The position numbers were made by a program, and so were the translations under genes. Positions 34,565 through 35,155 of a DNA stretch of 35,155 nucleotides are shown here, one piece after another. Positions within the stretch are counted from its first letter, which is position 1. Each line of letters begins with the position of its first letter. Source of the stretch: a virus (Duplodnaviria; Caudoviricetes); IMG/VR virus record IMGVR_UViG_3300036796_000279, positions 1 to 35,155 of that record; one strand, 5' to 3'. A model generated the notes under the pieces. It was not told the DNA's origin and ran no database searches. It saw only the letters and a list, made by a program, of their open reading frames with translations.

Positions 34565-35155
34565 ATGTCTGCAGGAACTCTTTCGCTCACTAATAACAGC
34601 GCCGCGGTAACGGGAACTGGAACGCCGTTTAACACCGAGCTGGCCGCTGGTGATTTCATCGTTGTCACTGTCGGCGGTGTGCCGTACACGCTGCCGGTCA
34701 AATCAGTTGAGAGTGCAACGGCATTAACGCTCGTCAGCGTTTACACCGGACCAACACAATCAGGTGCAGCCTGGTCAGCTGTGCCACGCGTTGCAATGAA
34801 CCTTGTCACTGCTGCATTGGTAGCTCAGAGCGCCGAAGCGCTACGTGGACTGAACTACGACAAGCATAACTGGCAACAGGTGTTCACCGGTACAGGGGAA
34901 GTTACTGTCAGGCTGCCTGACGGCACGACATACACTGGCCCGGCATGGAACGGAATATCTCTGCTTATTAGCGAAATGGCTAAAAAGGGAATAAATAGCG
35001 ACATTACATCATTAACCGGTCTTACAACTCCTTTAAGCCTGGCGCAGGGCGGCCTTGGCTCGAATACAGCGGCTGGTGGACGGACGACACTTGGCCTTGG
35101 GTCTGCGGCAACAAAGGATACTGGGATTGGTGCCGGGCAAATACCTGATATTTCC
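34565..35155 (+). CDS. Side tail fibre/tailspike, N-terminal part (runs off the window)
   Basis: AGGAG RBS; MSAGTLSLTNNSAAVTGTGT.F.TELAAGDFIV..ALRGLNYDK.NWQQVF..LPDG. Confidence 0.85.
   Translation, partial: MSAGTLSLTNNSAAVTGTGTPFNTELAAGDFIVVTVGGVPYTLPVKSVESATALTLVSVYTGPTQSGAAWSAVPRVAMNLVTAALVAQSAEALRGLNYDKHNWQQVFTGTGEVTVRLPDGTTYTGPAWNGISLLISEMAKKGINSDITSLTGLTTPLSLAQGGLGSNTAAGGRTTLGLGSAATKDTGIGAGQIPDIS

Larger units (their letters stand above)
1..35155. mobile_element. Lambdoid/HK97-like prophage (partial; continues past both window ends)
   Basis: Canonical order xis - early left - cI/cro - replication - Q - lysis - terminase - head - tail across the whole window. Confidence 0.97.

Overview
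Most of a lambdoid (HK97-like siphovirus) prophage of an enterobacterium, running from the excisionase to the start of the side tail fibre; the integrase and att sites lie outside the window. Order: leftward early operon of small genes (1-5044), cI/cro switch with ATAG-N6-CTAT operators, ORF6N antirepressor, a poly-G-interrupted small gene, O-like initiator with iterons, DnaC-like loader, DnaB-like helicase, Q, holin/endolysin/Rz/Rz1, an accessory late region (12638-16642), gp74-like HNH, terminase, HK97-type head and a non-contractile tail with a moron (Zn-ribbon membrane protein plus Ail/Lom barrel). Two candidate undescribed systems lie in the accessory late region. (1) Two soluble glycosyltransferases are coupled to the packaging genes, while the major capsid and tail tube proteins both end in the identical tetrapeptide EPTS, suggesting virion O-glycosylation with a shared acceptor tag. 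(2) Small late genes resemble the ends of tape-measure proteins and converge on an antisense moron, suggesting a tail-assembly defence/decoy module. All family calls come from motif recognition by eye, not database searches.
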